From Rhizomicrobium sp. (GTDB taxonomy: Bacteria > Pseudomonadota > Alphaproteobacteria > Micropepsales > Micropepsaceae), in the NCBI GenBank assembly GCA_037355265.1, contig JBBCIB010000001.1, forward strand, positions 151,839-215,838: a stretch of DNA of 64,000 nt. Reading direction: 5' to 3'. Numbering within the stretch: position 1 is the stretch's first letter; every line of letters begins with the position of its first letter. The notes beneath the pieces are model-generated. The model was given only the letters and a program-made list of their open reading frames with translations. It was not told the origin of the DNA and did not search any database. Below, in pieces: positions 26,660 to 36,805 of this stretch. Position numbers and translations under genes: made by a program.

Positions 26660-27918
26660 TGTTCAGCCCGGGGACATGGTTGACACCTGTTCGGAGACAT
26701 AGCTGACAGTCTTGTTGAAGTCGATTTCGGCGATCTGGTGGGCACCGAAGCAGACGGCGTAGAGGCCGTCCTGGGCTCTTGGGCGGATGGCTACGCGTTC
26801 GCCACGGAAGGCCTGTGGCATGCGCCAGTGGCGTCCCTTGAAGCTGATGTAGGACCTGGTCGTATCGACGGTGCGCAGGATCTCGCCGTCGTCGTATTCC
26901 ACGACCGGCAGCTTTGCGGGCATCGGCCTTGAGCTTGGCGTGTAGCGGCTGGCGGGAACATCCTGGCCGAGCGCTTCGTGCGGCCGTTCCAGATTGTAGA
27001 CGATGCGCCAGTCGTCGAGCGCGCGTTGCGCCTCGGACAGGTCTTGGAAGCGTTTGAGCGCGAAGACCTCGGTTTTGAGCGTGCGGTTGAAGCGCTCGTT
27101 CTTGCCGTGGGTCTGCGGATGATAGGGCCTGCCGTGGTGCAGACCGATGCCGAGCTTGAGCAGCCACACGCCGAGCCTGGTCCAGCTGCGATAGGGTCCG
27201 TCGCCCCAGGGCGATCCGTTGTCGGCCAGGATGAACTCGGGCAGGCCATAGCGCCTGAAGGTCTGCGTCATGGCGTCCTGCACTGTATTTGCTTGCTCAT
27301 TCGCACACGCCTTGAGGCACACCGCGTAGCGCGAGTGGTCGTCGATCACCGTCAGCGGATGACAGTCGCCGCCGCGGCCCAGCGGCATGTGGCCCTTGAA
27401 GTCCATCTGCCACATCCGGTTGGGCGCATCCTTCTCGAAGCGCTGCCACGGCCGGCCTGGCTTGCCGGCGGGCGGATCGACCCGGCCGTGACGCTGCAGG
27501 ATCGCGTGGATGGTGGAGATCGCCGGCGCCGAATGCCCGTCGCGCGTCAGGCAGCGTTCGATCTTGCGTGCGCCCCAGGCCGGATGCGCATCGCGAACCG
27601 CCAGCACCAAAGCCTCTATCGCATCGACGCTGCGCAACGGACTCGAATGCGGTCGACGCGAGCGGTCGCGCAGATCGGCGGCTTCTTCACCCGCGCGCGA
27701 CAGCCACTTGTAACCCGTCTGCGCGCTGATCCCGAAGCGGCGGCACAACTCGCGCCGGTTCGCCCCTTCCAAAGACGCCAAGGCAACAAACTCGCGACGC
27801 TGATCCATGATCGACACCTTCCGCCATGGCATGGACGGCCTCCTTCAGAGCCTCTTCCAAGCCAGAATGTGTCAACCATGTCCCCGAACACCTGTCAGCT
27901 ATGTGTCCGGGCTGAACA
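26660..27918 (-). mobile_element. IS481-family insertion sequence
   Basis: TGT...ACA ends with long imperfect IRs (TGTTCAGCCCGG...); 4-bp TSD GACT at 26656-26659 and 27919-27922. Confidence 0.93.
26663..27832 (-). CDS. IS481-family transposase
   Basis: MPWRKVSIMDQRREFV, WQMDFKG, DDHSRY, DNGSPW, PQTHGKNERFNRT. Confidence 0.95.
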   Translation of the reverse strand: MPWRKVSIMDQRREFVALASLEGANRRELCRRFGISAQTGYKWLSRAGEEAADLRDRSRRPHSSPLRSVDAIEALVLAVRDAHPAWGARKIERCLTRDGHSAPAISTIHAILQRHGRVDPPAGKPGRPWQRFEKDAPNRMWQMDFKGHMPLGRGGDCHPLTVIDDHSRYAVCLKACANEQANTVQDAMTQTFRRYGLPEFILADNGSPWGDGPYRSWTRLGVWLLKLGIGLHHGRPYHPQTHGKNERFNRTLKTEVFALKRFQDLSEAQRALDDWRIVYNLERPHEALGQDVPASRYTPSSRPMPAKLPVVEYDDGEILRTVDTTRSYISFKGRHWRMPQAFRGERVAIRPRAQDGLYAVCFGAHQIAEIDFNKTVSYVSEQVSTMSPG

Positions 27919-27944
27919 GACTGCGGGCCATGACAATTTGGACC

Positions 27945-29330
27945 CTAAACCGGCAGCCGGATCGTCGCGCGCAGGCCGCCGGCCGGGCTTTTGTCGAGCA
28001 GGACGTCGCCGCCATGGGCGCGGGCGATGTCGCGGGCGATGGCGAGGCCGAGGCCGGTGCCGCCGGTCTGCAGGTTGCGGCCTTCGTCGAGGCGGTGGAA
28101 TGGCCGGAACGCCTCCTCGCGGCGCTCCGCCGGGATTCCCGGCCCGTCGTCGTCGACGACGATCCGCGCCCAGCGGTCGTCGGCCGTCACGCTGACCGTC
28201 ACCTCCGCCTTGCCGAATTTCAGCGCGTTGTCGATCAAATTGGTCAGGCAGCGGCGCAGCGCCTTGGGCCGTACCTGCATCGCGATGGCGCGCGGCGCGT
28301 CGACCGAGACGGTCGCCGATTCCATGCCGTGCGCGCCGGCGCAGGCCGCGGCGGTGTCGCGCGCCAACTCGCTCAGGTCCTCCAGCGTCGAGACCTCGCC
28401 GCCCTCGCCGCGCGCGAAGTCGAGATATTCGTTGAGCATGTACTCCATCTCGGCGATGTCGCCGCGCATCGCCTGGACGTCGGCGCTTTCCGGCATCATC
28501 GCGAGCTGGAGCTTCATGCGCGACAGCGGCGTCTTCATGTCGTGGCTGATGCCGGCCAGCATCTCGGTGCGCTGCTGCAATTGCCGCTCGATCCGCTCGC
28601 GCATGATGATGAAGGCGCGCGCGGCGCGGCGCACCTCGGTGGCGCCATAGGGCTTGAAGTCCGGCACGGCGCGGCCCTTGCCGAACGCTTCCGACGCCAG
28701 CGCGAGCTGCTCGATCGGGCGCACCTGGTTGCGCAGGAACAGCACCGCGATGGCAGTAAGGATCAGCGCCGATCCCGCCATCCAGACGATGAAGATGTCG
28801 GGGCTCGAAACCGTGATGCGGTTGCGCGGCACCACCATCCGGAGCACGCCGTCGGGCAGCTGGACGCGGATGTCGATCGCATTGCCGGCGCTGATCGCGG
28901 CGAAGCCCTGGGCGCCGGGGACGCCTTGCGCGATCACGTCGTCGAGGGCGCGGTCGATGGTGCTGGGGCGGTGGTGCCCCGGCCCGGGCTTCAGGACGGC
29001 GCCGGGCGCGAAGCTGACCGGGTAGTCGAGCATGCGGCTGGCCTGCGCCCGCAGCACGGCACGTTCGGCGCCGCCATGCGTTTCTTCCAACGCCACCAGG
29101 AAGGCCGCGTCGGCCGCGATGTCGCGCGCCATCCAGTGCGTCGTCTGCTCCAGGTCGCGCTCGAAGAAGACATAGGACACCACCGCCTGCAGCAGGATCA
29201 CGGGCGTCACGATGATCAGCAGCGAGCGCCAGAACAGGCCGCGCGGCAGCACCGGCTTGATCATCCGCCAGGGATCGTAGCGCGCCAGGCCGCGCGGGCC
29301 GTCAGGTGACGCGGTCTGGGACAAGGACAT
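27945..29330 (-). CDS. EnvZ-like sensor histidine kinase
   Basis: HAMP domain, ISHDMKTPL, NLIDNA, DDGPGI, GTGLGL. Confidence 0.93.
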   Translation of the reverse strand: MSLSQTASPDGPRGLARYDPWRMIKPVLPRGLFWRSLLIIVTPVILLQAVVSYVFFERDLEQTTHWMARDIAADAAFLVALEETHGGAERAVLRAQASRMLDYPVSFAPGAVLKPGPGHHRPSTIDRALDDVIAQGVPGAQGFAAISAGNAIDIRVQLPDGVLRMVVPRNRITVSSPDIFIVWMAGSALILTAIAVLFLRNQVRPIEQLALASEAFGKGRAVPDFKPYGATEVRRAARAFIIMRERIERQLQQRTEMLAGISHDMKTPLSRMKLQLAMMPESADVQAMRGDIAEMEYMLNEYLDFARGEGGEVSTLEDLSELARDTAAACAGAHGMESATVSVDAPRAIAMQVRPKALRRCLTNLIDNALKFGKAEVTVSVTADDRWARIVVDDDGPGIPAERREEAFRPFHRLDEGRNLQTGGTGLGLAIARDIARAHGGDVLLDKSPAGGLRATIRLPV

Positions 29331-30009
29331 AGCCCACGCCGCGCACGGTCTGCAGATAGAGCGGCAGTTTCGGATCCTCCTCGATCTTGCGGCGCAGGCG
29401 CGTCACCTGCACGTCGATCGAGCGCTCCAGCGCGACGCCGAGCCGGCTGCACAGGTCGCTGCGCGAGAAGGAACGCCCCGCATTGGCCGCGAACAGCTTG
29501 AGCAGCGCCGCTTCCGAACTCGTCAGGTGCACCGGCTTGTCCTTGCGGCGGAGCTGGCCGCGTTCGGGATCGTAGACCGCGTCGCCCATCTTCACCTCGG
29601 CATGGGCGGTGTGGGCCGGCGGCGCGGCGCGGCGCAGCAGGGCGCTGACCCGCAGCAGAAGCTCGCGCGGCTCGAACGGCTTGGGCAGGTAGTCGTCGGC
29701 GCCGAATTCCAGCCCGGCGATGCGGTCCTCCGCCTCGCCGCGGGCGGTGAGGATGAGGATCGGAACCTGGCTGCCCTGGCGCACCGACCGGGTCAGCTCG
29801 AAGCCGCTTTCGCCCGGCATCATCACGTCCAGCACCAGGAGATCGAAGGCAATGCCCTTCATCAGCGCGCGCGCATCCTGCGCATTGGCGGCGGCGGTGA
29901 CGCGGAAGCCGCTGCCGCTCAGATAGCGCTGCAGCAGGGCGCGCAACCGCTCGTCGTCATCCACCACCAGCAGATGCGGATCCTGCACGGACGATTGGGC
30001 GGCGGTCAT
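29302..30009 (-). CDS. OmpR-family response regulator
   Basis: LVVDDD, DVMMPG, DDYLPKPF, SIDVQVTRLRRKIE. Confidence 0.95.
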   Translation of the reverse strand: MTAAQSSVQDPHLLVVDDDERLRALLQRYLSGSGFRVTAAANAQDARALMKGIAFDLLVLDVMMPGESGFELTRSVRQGSQVPILILTARGEAEDRIAGLEFGADDYLPKPFEPRELLLRVSALLRRAAPPAHTAHAEVKMGDAVYDPERGQLRRKDKPVHLTSSEAALLKLFAANAGRSFSRSDLCSRLGVALERSIDVQVTRLRRKIEEDPKLPLYLQTVRGVGYVLVPDRVT

Positions 30010-30135
30010 GGCTGCTATTCGGGACGCCTTGTTTGCTTGCCCCCGCGCGGCGGTATAATAGCCGCTTGAGGACGCTAACCCCTTGGCTTTACTAGGCCCA
30101 ACCCGCCGTGTGGGCAAGGGCGAAAGGACGATTGC

Positions 30136-31044
30136 ATGGCCGATATCATCCCCTTCGACCGGCGCGAGGGCTCCCTGTGGTTCGACGGCACGATGGTGCC
30201 GTGGGGCGATGCCAAGATCCACGTCCTGACCCATGGCCTGCACTACGCCTCCTGCGTGTTCGAGGGCGAGCGGATGTACGATGGCCGCATCTACAAGCTG
30301 GCCGAGCACACGGCGCGCCTGTTCAAGTCGGCGCAGATCCTCGGCATGACGATCCCGTTCACGGAAGGCGAGATCAGCGCCGCCTGCATCGCGGCCTGCA
30401 CGGTGCAGGGCATCGTCGACGGCTATGTCCGGCCGGTGGTGTGGCGCGGCAGCGAGATGATGGCGGTGAGCGCCCAGGCGACCAAGATTCATGTCGCCGT
30501 CGCCGCGTGGCAATGGCCGTCCTATTTCGACCCGGCGGAGAAGCTGAAGGGCATAAGGCTCGACGTGTCGGAGTGGCGGCGCCCGGCGCCCGACACCGCG
30601 CCGACCGCGGCCAAGGCGGCCGGCCTCTACATGATCTGCACCCTGTCCAAGCATGCGGCGGAGGCCAAGGGGTATGCCGACGCGATGATGTGGGACTATC
30701 GCGGCTATGTCGCCGAGGCGACCGGCGCGAACATGTTCTTCGTGCGCGACGAGACGCTCTATACGCCGACGCCGGACTGCTTCCTCAACGGCATAACCCG
30801 CAAATCGGTGATCGAACTCGCCAAGGCGCGCCAGATCCCGGTGATCGAGAAGCACATCGAGAAGAACGAGCTGGACGGCTTCACCGAATGCTTCATCACC
30901 GGCTCGGCCGCGGAAGTGACGCCGGTGTCCGAGATCGGCCCCTGGCGCTTCACCCCCGGCAAGATCACCGAGACACTGATGAACGACTACAGCGAAGACG
31001 TGAAGCGCCCGGTGAGCCGGGTGACGCTGGCCAAGGCGGGGTAG
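30136..31044 (+). CDS. ilvE: Branched-chain amino acid aminotransferase
   Basis: HGLHYASCVFEG, AKAAGLY, EATGAN, LNGITR, GSAAEV. Confidence 0.95.
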   Translation: MADIIPFDRREGSLWFDGTMVPWGDAKIHVLTHGLHYASCVFEGERMYDGRIYKLAEHTARLFKSAQILGMTIPFTEGEISAACIAACTVQGIVDGYVRPVVWRGSEMMAVSAQATKIHVAVAAWQWPSYFDPAEKLKGIRLDVSEWRRPAPDTAPTAAKAAGLYMICTLSKHAAEAKGYADAMMWDYRGYVAEATGANMFFVRDETLYTPTPDCFLNGITRKSVIELAKARQIPVIEKHIEKNELDGFTECFITGSAAEVTPVSEIGPWRFTPGKITETLMNDYSEDVKRPVSRVTLAKAG

Positions 31045-31045
31045 T

Positions 31046-31384
31046 CTACGCCGTCTTCGGCGGCACGATGCCGTCGGGGGTCAGGGCGTCGACGGTGTGG
31101 GGCAGGACTTGCGCCAGCTTGGCGGCGAGTTCCTGCGGCGTCATGCCGGCCTTGGCCGCCAGATCGGCGATCGTCTGGTCGCCGAACGCCTGGTGCACAT
31201 GCGCCGGGGTCACCGGCTGGTTCGGGCCCTGGGTGACCCAGGAGTTCACCGTCGAGCCCAGGCCCTGGGTCTCGAACTGGTTGACGATGCCCTGCACGCC
31301 GCCGTGCTGCGCCAGAAGGTTGTTCACCACCGGGATCATCGCGGCGCCGACCATGCCGCCGATCATTCCATCCAGGAAGCCCAT
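31046..31384 (-). CDS. YidB-family (DUF937) protein
   Basis: GGVQG..FE..GLG..VNSWV..GPN, LP..VD.LTPDG. Confidence 0.88.
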   Translation of the reverse strand: MGFLDGMIGGMVGAAMIPVVNNLLAQHGGVQGIVNQFETQGLGSTVNSWVTQGPNQPVTPAHVHQAFGDQTIADLAAKAGMTPQELAAKLAQVLPHTVDALTPDGIVPPKTA

Positions 31385-31447
31385 CGCATTCTCCGCCACC
31401 GGTTGCGGCCGGAGGATACAGGCGTTCACGGCACAAGGCGACGGCCT

Positions 31448-32347
31448 TCAGGGCTGGCCGGAACCGCCGGCCGATCCGTAGATCTGCCCGGTCGCGTAGC
31501 TGGCATCGGCGGCGGCGAGCTGGACGTAGATGGAGCCGAGCTCGGCCGGCTGGCCGGGGCGGCCCAGCGGCGTCTGGCCGCCGAATTTCTGCAGCTTCTC
31601 CTGCGTGGCGCCGCCGCTGACCTGCAGCGGCGTCCAGATCGGGCCGGGCGCGACGCCGTTGACGCGGATGCCCTTGGGCGCGAGCTGCTTGGCGAGCGAC
31701 TTGACGTAGTTCATCGTCGCCGCCTTGGTCTGCGCATAGTCGTAAAGGTCGGGCGACGGATCGTAGGCCTGCTCCGACGCCGTGCCGATGATCACCGAAC
31801 CCGGCTTCAGGTGCGGCAGCGCCGCCTTGATGATCCAGAACGGCGCATAGATGTTGGTCTTCATCGTCGCGTCGAAATCCTCCGTGGTGAGGTCGAGGAT
31901 CGATGCGCAGCTCTGCTGCCGCCCGGCGTTGGACACGACGATGTCGAGGCCGCCCAGGCCGCTCACCGCGCGGGCCACAAGGTCCTGGCAGAATCTCTCC
32001 TCGCGCAGGTCCCCGGGGATCGCCAGGCCGATGCGGCCCTCGGCCTTGATCAGCGCGATCACCTCGCGCGCATCTTCCTCCTCGGTCGGAAAATAGTTGA
32101 TCGCCACGTCGGCGCCCTCGCGGGCATAGGCGATGGCGGCGGCGCGGCCCATGCCGGAATCGCCGCCGGTGATCAGCGCCCTGCGCCCGAGCAGCCGGCC
32201 GGAGCCCTTGTAGCTGGTCTCGCCGTGGTCGGGCCTCGGGTCCATGCGGCTGGCGAGGCCGGGCCAGGGCTGCTCCTGTTTCCGGAACGGCGGCCTGGGA
32301 TATTTGCTCGTGGGATCGGTCAGCGGCGCCGCGGTCGGATGGTCCAT
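31448..32347 (-). CDS. SDR oxidoreductase (YghA-like)
   Basis: PDHGETSYKGSGRL, TGGDSGMG, YAQTK, VAPGPIWTPLQ. Confidence 0.92.
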   Translation of the reverse strand: MDHPTAAPLTDPTSKYPRPPFRKQEQPWPGLASRMDPRPDHGETSYKGSGRLLGRRALITGGDSGMGRAAAIAYAREGADVAINYFPTEEEDAREVIALIKAEGRIGLAIPGDLREERFCQDLVARAVSGLGGLDIVVSNAGRQQSCASILDLTTEDFDATMKTNIYAPFWIIKAALPHLKPGSVIIGTASEQAYDPSPDLYDYAQTKAATMNYVKSLAKQLAPKGIRVNGVAPGPIWTPLQVSGGATQEKLQKFGGQTPLGRPGQPAELGSIYVQLAAADASYATGQIYGSAGGSGQP

Positions 32348-32465
32348 CGCCGTACCACTGCTCTGCCTCCGCGAAAGTGTAGGTTCGTCGATCCTCATAA
32401 CGCGCACTCCGCCGCATCCGACGAAAAGAACGGCCCTGGCCGCGGAAAGTGCCCGGAACTTCGCG

Positions 32466-33359
32466 CTAGGCGTGCGAATAGACCAGCATGACCGCGCCGG
32501 CGACGAGCAGGACGATGCCCGCCGCCTCGCGCGCCGTCGTCTTCTGGCGGAACAGGATGTGGCTCACCGCCTGGGCGAACAGCACGTCGATCAGGCCGAG
32601 CGTGCGCACGCTCGCCGCCGTGGCGAGGGCAAAGGCCAGGAACCAGAACTCCGATGCCGCCGACCCCATGAAGCCGGCCAGCAGCGACGGTCGCCACAGC
32701 CGGACGATGGCGCGCAGCACGGCGGGATCGCGCAGCGCCAGATAGAAGGTGAGCAGCGCCGCCTGCACCACAAGACCGACCGCGAGGGTGAACGTCGCGG
32801 CCAGGACGAAGCCCGGCAGGTGCAGGCTGAGGATCGCACCGCGATAGCCGATGGCTGAGACCCCGAACAGCCCGCCCGACGACAGGCCGTAGAGCGCCGA
32901 ATGCCAGCCGCCGGTCGCGCCGGCGCCCGTGCGCAGCGAGATCAGCACCACGCCGGCGGTCGCGATGACGATCGCCGCCGCCATGCCGAGGGTCAGCGGA
33001 TCGTGCAGGAAGGCGAGGCCCAGCGCCGCGACGAAGATCGGCTCGGTCTTGAGATAGGCCACGGTCACCACGAAGGAGCGCTCGGTCATCGTCTTGAGCA
33101 TCAGCGCGGTGCCGCCGATCTGGCTCAGCGCGCCGGCCAGCACCCAGAGCCAGAAGGCGACGTTGGTCGGGGGTCGTCCCGACCGTTCCGCCACCATCAC
33201 CGCCGCGAGGAACAGCAGGGCGAAGGGAAAACCGAACAGAAAGCGCACATGGGTCGCGCCGACCGAGCCGAGGCTTGCCGTGAGTTCGCGCTGCATCGCG
33301 TTGCGGGCCGTCTGGCCGGCGGCCGCGACGACGGTGAAGACCACCCAGAGAAAATTCAT
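32466..33359 (-). CDS. EamA/DMT-family transporter
   Basis: About 10 TM segments; QTARNAMQR, VRFLFGFP, YLKTEP. Confidence 0.88.
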   Translation of the reverse strand: MNFLWVVFTVVAAAGQTARNAMQRELTASLGSVGATHVRFLFGFPFALLFLAAVMVAERSGRPPTNVAFWLWVLAGALSQIGGTALMLKTMTERSFVVTVAYLKTEPIFVAALGLAFLHDPLTLGMAAAIVIATAGVVLISLRTGAGATGGWHSALYGLSSGGLFGVSAIGYRGAILSLHLPGFVLAATFTLAVGLVVQAALLTFYLALRDPAVLRAIVRLWRPSLLAGFMGSAASEFWFLAFALATAASVRTLGLIDVLFAQAVSHILFRQKTTAREAAGIVLLVAGAVMLVYSHA

Positions 33360-33369
33360 CCGGTGGCGG

Positions 33370-33816
33370 TCACGCTTTGCGCCAGCGTTCCGCCGCCGCC
33401 GCGTCGCCGGCGCGATGCTCGACCCATTGGCCGACGCCGGCGCGCTCCTCCTGCTTCCAGAACGGGGCACGGGTCTTGAGCTGGTCCGTCACGAACTGGC
33501 AGGCATCGAAGGCGGCGCCGCGATGCGCCGCGGCGACCGCCACCAGCACGATGCGCTCGCCCACCATCAGCCGGCCGACGCGGTGGATGATGGTCACGCC
33601 GTTCAGCGCCCAGCGCGCCTGCGCCTCGGCGACGATGCGCGCGATCTCGCGCTCCGTCATGCCTGGATAGTGCTCAAGCGTCAGCGCGGTGAGATCGTCG
33701 CCGCCGCGCACCAGGCCGATGAAGCTCGCCACCCCGCCGGCGGCCTCGTCGGCCACCGCCTCGATCTCGTCGCTGACGTCGAAATCCTCTTCCTGGATGT
33801 GGATGTTGACACTCAT
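33370..33816 (-). CDS. moaE: Molybdopterin synthase catalytic subunit
   Basis: LEHYPGMTE, HRVG, HRGAAF, LKTRAPFWK. Confidence 0.95.
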   Translation of the reverse strand: MSVNIHIQEEDFDVSDEIEAVADEAAGGVASFIGLVRGGDDLTALTLEHYPGMTEREIARIVAEAQARWALNGVTIIHRVGRLMVGERIVLVAVAAAHRGAAFDACQFVTDQLKTRAPFWKQEERAGVGQWVEHRAGDAAAAERWRKA

Positions 33817-33826
33817 CCGCCTGTCC

Positions 33827-34078
33827 TCATCCGCCTGTCACCGGCGGGAAGAACGCGACCTCGTCGCCCGGCGCCAGGATCGCGTCGAAGCCGGCATGCG
33901 CCTGGTTTACCGCGGCGCGCAGCTGCGTCCTGTCGGCGAAGGCCTCGGCATAGCCGCCGCCGCGCGCCCCCAGCATCGCGGCGAGATCGCCGACGGTGCG
34001 CAGGGCCGGCGTGTGCTCGATCACCTCTTCGTCGCGGCCGATCTTCTGCCGCACCCAGGCGAAATACAGCACGTTCAT
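33827..34078 (-). CDS. moaD: Molybdopterin synthase sulfur carrier
   Basis: VLYFAWVR...DEVAFFPPVTGG. Confidence 0.95.
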   Translation of the reverse strand: MNVLYFAWVRQKIGRDEEVIEHTPALRTVGDLAAMLGARGGGYAEAFADRTQLRAAVNQAHAGFDAILAPGDEVAFFPPVTGG

Positions 34079-34677
34079 GCCCGGCCCTCGCGCCGCGCCC
34101 GCGTATAGACCAGCCCGGCGCGGAAATATTCGTAGCCGGTATAGACCGTGAGCGCCGCCGCCACCCACAACGCGGTGTAGGCCAGCGCCAGCGATCCGGG
34201 TACCCAGCGGTCGGCGATCGGCCCCAGGATCATCGCGCCGATGGCGACGAGCTGGATCGTGGTCTTGATCTTCGCCAGGAACGACACCGGCACGCTGACC
34301 GACACGCCGGCCAGGAATTCGCGCAGGCCGGAGACCAGGATCTCGCGCGACAGGATGACCAGCGCCGGCACCAGGCGCAGCAGGCTGGGCAGGCTGGGCG
34401 CCAGGCTGAACTCCTGCACCGATCCCTTCCACACCAGCATCATCAGCGCCACGGCGACCAGGATCTTGTCCGCGATGGGATCGAGCATCCGCCCGAAATC
34501 GCTGTTCTGGTTCAGCTTGCGCGCCGCGAAGCCGTCGAAGAAATCGCTCACCCCCGCGATCACGAACACGACGAAGGCGACGACCTGCCACGCCTCGCTG
34601 GGCAGCACGAAGGCGACGGCGAACACCGGCACCAGCAGGATGCGGAGCATGGTGATGAGGTTGGGCAGCAGGAACAT
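34075..34677 (-). CDS. pgsA: CDP-diacylglycerol--glycerol-3-phosphate phosphatidyltransferase
   Basis: PNLITMLR, DFFDGFAAR, LDPIADK, REILVSGLRE. Confidence 0.95.
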   Translation of the reverse strand: MFLLPNLITMLRILLVPVFAVAFVLPSEAWQVVAFVVFVIAGVSDFFDGFAARKLNQNSDFGRMLDPIADKILVAVALMMLVWKGSVQEFSLAPSLPSLLRLVPALVILSREILVSGLREFLAGVSVSVPVSFLAKIKTTIQLVAIGAMILGPIADRWVPGSLALAYTALWVAAALTVYTGYEYFRAGLVYTRARREGRA

Positions 34678-34759
34678 GGGCCGACTTTAGAGGAATTCGC
34701 TTTCGATTCGACCCTTCTTCGCAGAGGGGACCCGAAAAACCACGCGCACGGCGGGTGGA

Positions 34760-36643
34760 TCAGCCGGCGGGGTGGAAGAAGTCGTGGATCTTCCTGGCCA
34801 TCGCCTTGCTGACGCCTTCGACCGCCTCGATGTCGGCGGTGCCAGCAGCAGCGACGGCACGGGCGGAGCCGAAATGCTGCAGCAGCGCCCGCTTGCGGGC
34901 GGCGCCGATGCCGGCGATCTCGTCCAGCGGGCTGGCGCCGATCGCCTTGCTGCGCTTCTTGCGGTGGCTGCCGATGGCGAAGCGGTGGGCCTCGTCGCGC
35001 AGGCGCTGCAGGTAGTAGAGCACCGGGCTGCGGACATCGAGGCGGAACGGCTCCTTGCCGGGCAGGTAAAAATGCTCGCGGCCTGCGTCGCGGTCCGGCC
35101 CCTTGGAGATGCCGACGAGCTGCACGTCCTCGACGCCGAGATCGGCGAAGACCTGGCAGGCGATGGAGAGCTGGCCGGGCCCGCCGTCGATCAGCGCGAG
35201 GTCGGGCCATTTGGTTTTCGGATCGTCGCCCTCCTTCACCAGGCGGGCGAAGCGGCGGGTCAGCACCTCGCGCATCATCGCATAGTCGTCGCCGGGCGTG
35301 AGCTCGGTCGATTTGATGTTGAACTTGCGGTACTCGCCCTTCTCGAAGCCGTCGGGTCCGGCGACGATCATGGCGCCCAGCGCGTTGGTGCCCATGATGT
35401 GCGAGTTGTCGTAGACCTCGATGCGCTGCGGCGGCGCCTCCATCCCGAACACCTCCTGCACGCCCAAGAGCAGTTCGCGTTGCGCCGAGTTCTCCGCCAT
35501 GCGCCGGCCGAGTTGCTCGCGCGCATTGGTCAGCGCCATGTCGACGATCTCGCGCTTCTCGCCGCGTTGCGGCACGCCGATCTCGACCCTGCGCTCGGCG
35601 CGCAGCGACAGGGCCTCGGCCAGCAAGTCGGTTTCGGGGACCGGCTCGGACAGCAGCAGCAGCGCCGGCGCGGTGCGGTCGTCGTAGAACTGGCCTATGA
35701 AGGCTTCGAGGATCTCGCCGGTGGAAAGGTCGCCGCCGCCGCGCGGGAAATAGGGCTTGTTGCCCCAGTTCTGGCCGGCGCGGAAGAAGAACACCTGGAT
35801 GCAGACCTCGCCGCCCTCGGTGTGCAGCGCGAACACGTCGGCGTCCGCGAAGGTCGAGGGATTGATGCCCTGGTTGAGCTGGATGTGGCTCATGGCCTTG
35901 ATGCGGTCGCGCAGGCGCGCCGCTTCCTCGTAGCGCGTGACCTCCGCCGCCTTGTTCATCTCGGCGATCAGAATGTCCTGCACCAGGCGGCTTTTGCCGG
36001 TGAGGAACAGCTCGGCCTCGCGCACCAGCTCGCCATAGCCGGCCTGGTCGATGCGCCCGACGCAGGGCGCGCTGCAGCGCTTGATCTGGAACAGCAGGCA
36101 GGGCCGGGTGCGCGATTCGAACACCGAATCCGAGCAGGAGCGCAGCAGGAAGGCGCGCTGCAGCGTGTTCAGCGTGTTCACCACCGCCCGCGCACTGGCG
36201 AACGGCCCGAAATAGGAGCCCTTGGCCGATTTGGCGCCGCGATGCTTCAAGAGCTGCGGGAACGGATGGTCCTCCCGCAGCAGGATGTTGGGGAAGGATT
36301 TGTCGTCGCGATAGGAGACGTTGTAGCGCGGCTTGAGCCGCTTGATCAGGTTGGATTCCAGCAGCAGCGCTTCGGTCTCGCTGGCGGTGGTGACGAACAG
36401 CATCTCCGCCGTGTCGGCGATCATGCGGGTGAGGCGGTCCGAATGCGGCGTGCCGCGGGCATAGGACGTGACGCGCTTCTTCAGGCTCTTGGCCTTGCCG
36501 ACGTAAAGCACGTCGCCCTTGGCATCGAGCATGCGATAGACGCCGGGCGCGTCGGGCAGCGTCTTCAGATAGGCCTGGATGCGCTCGGCGCCCTTCAGCG
36601 GCGGCGCCGGCGGTTCCGTGGTCGGGGTGTCGGGCGAACTCAT
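34760..36643 (-). CDS. uvrC: Excinuclease ABC subunit C
   Basis: GIY-YIG (PGVYRM..YVGKAK), [16 protein letters not shown] and HhH motifs. Confidence 0.97.
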   Translation of the reverse strand: MSSPDTPTTEPPAPPLKGAERIQAYLKTLPDAPGVYRMLDAKGDVLYVGKAKSLKKRVTSYARGTPHSDRLTRMIADTAEMLFVTTASETEALLLESNLIKRLKPRYNVSYRDDKSFPNILLREDHPFPQLLKHRGAKSAKGSYFGPFASARAVVNTLNTLQRAFLLRSCSDSVFESRTRPCLLFQIKRCSAPCVGRIDQAGYGELVREAELFLTGKSRLVQDILIAEMNKAAEVTRYEEAARLRDRIKAMSHIQLNQGINPSTFADADVFALHTEGGEVCIQVFFFRAGQNWGNKPYFPRGGGDLSTGEILEAFIGQFYDDRTAPALLLLSEPVPETDLLAEALSLRAERRVEIGVPQRGEKREIVDMALTNAREQLGRRMAENSAQRELLLGVQEVFGMEAPPQRIEVYDNSHIMGTNALGAMIVAGPDGFEKGEYRKFNIKSTELTPGDDYAMMREVLTRRFARLVKEGDDPKTKWPDLALIDGGPGQLSIACQVFADLGVEDVQLVGISKGPDRDAGREHFYLPGKEPFRLDVRSPVLYYLQRLRDEAHRFAIGSHRKKRSKAIGASPLDEIAGIGAARKRALLQHFGSARAVAAAGTADIEAVEGVSKAMARKIHDFFHPAG

Positions 36644-36805
36644 CGTCCCCTATCTAATAGCCTCCCCGGAACGATCCAACAGGCCCGCTCATTTTCATGG
36701 CAGGAACCGGAGGGGTCGGGCTGCTTCCCTGCCCCCTTCGCAGTTTGATCGGAATGCGCGCCGGCTGGCCGTGCCCGCGATCGACGGCCGGCGATGCGAT
36801 TGTCG

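Larger units (their letters stand above)
26643..27935. repeat. 13-bp inverted repeat (REP-like) split by IS481
   Basis: TGTCATGGCCCGC (26643-26655) and GCGGGCCATGACA (27923-27935) flank the IS and the duplicated GACT. Confidence 0.75.
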
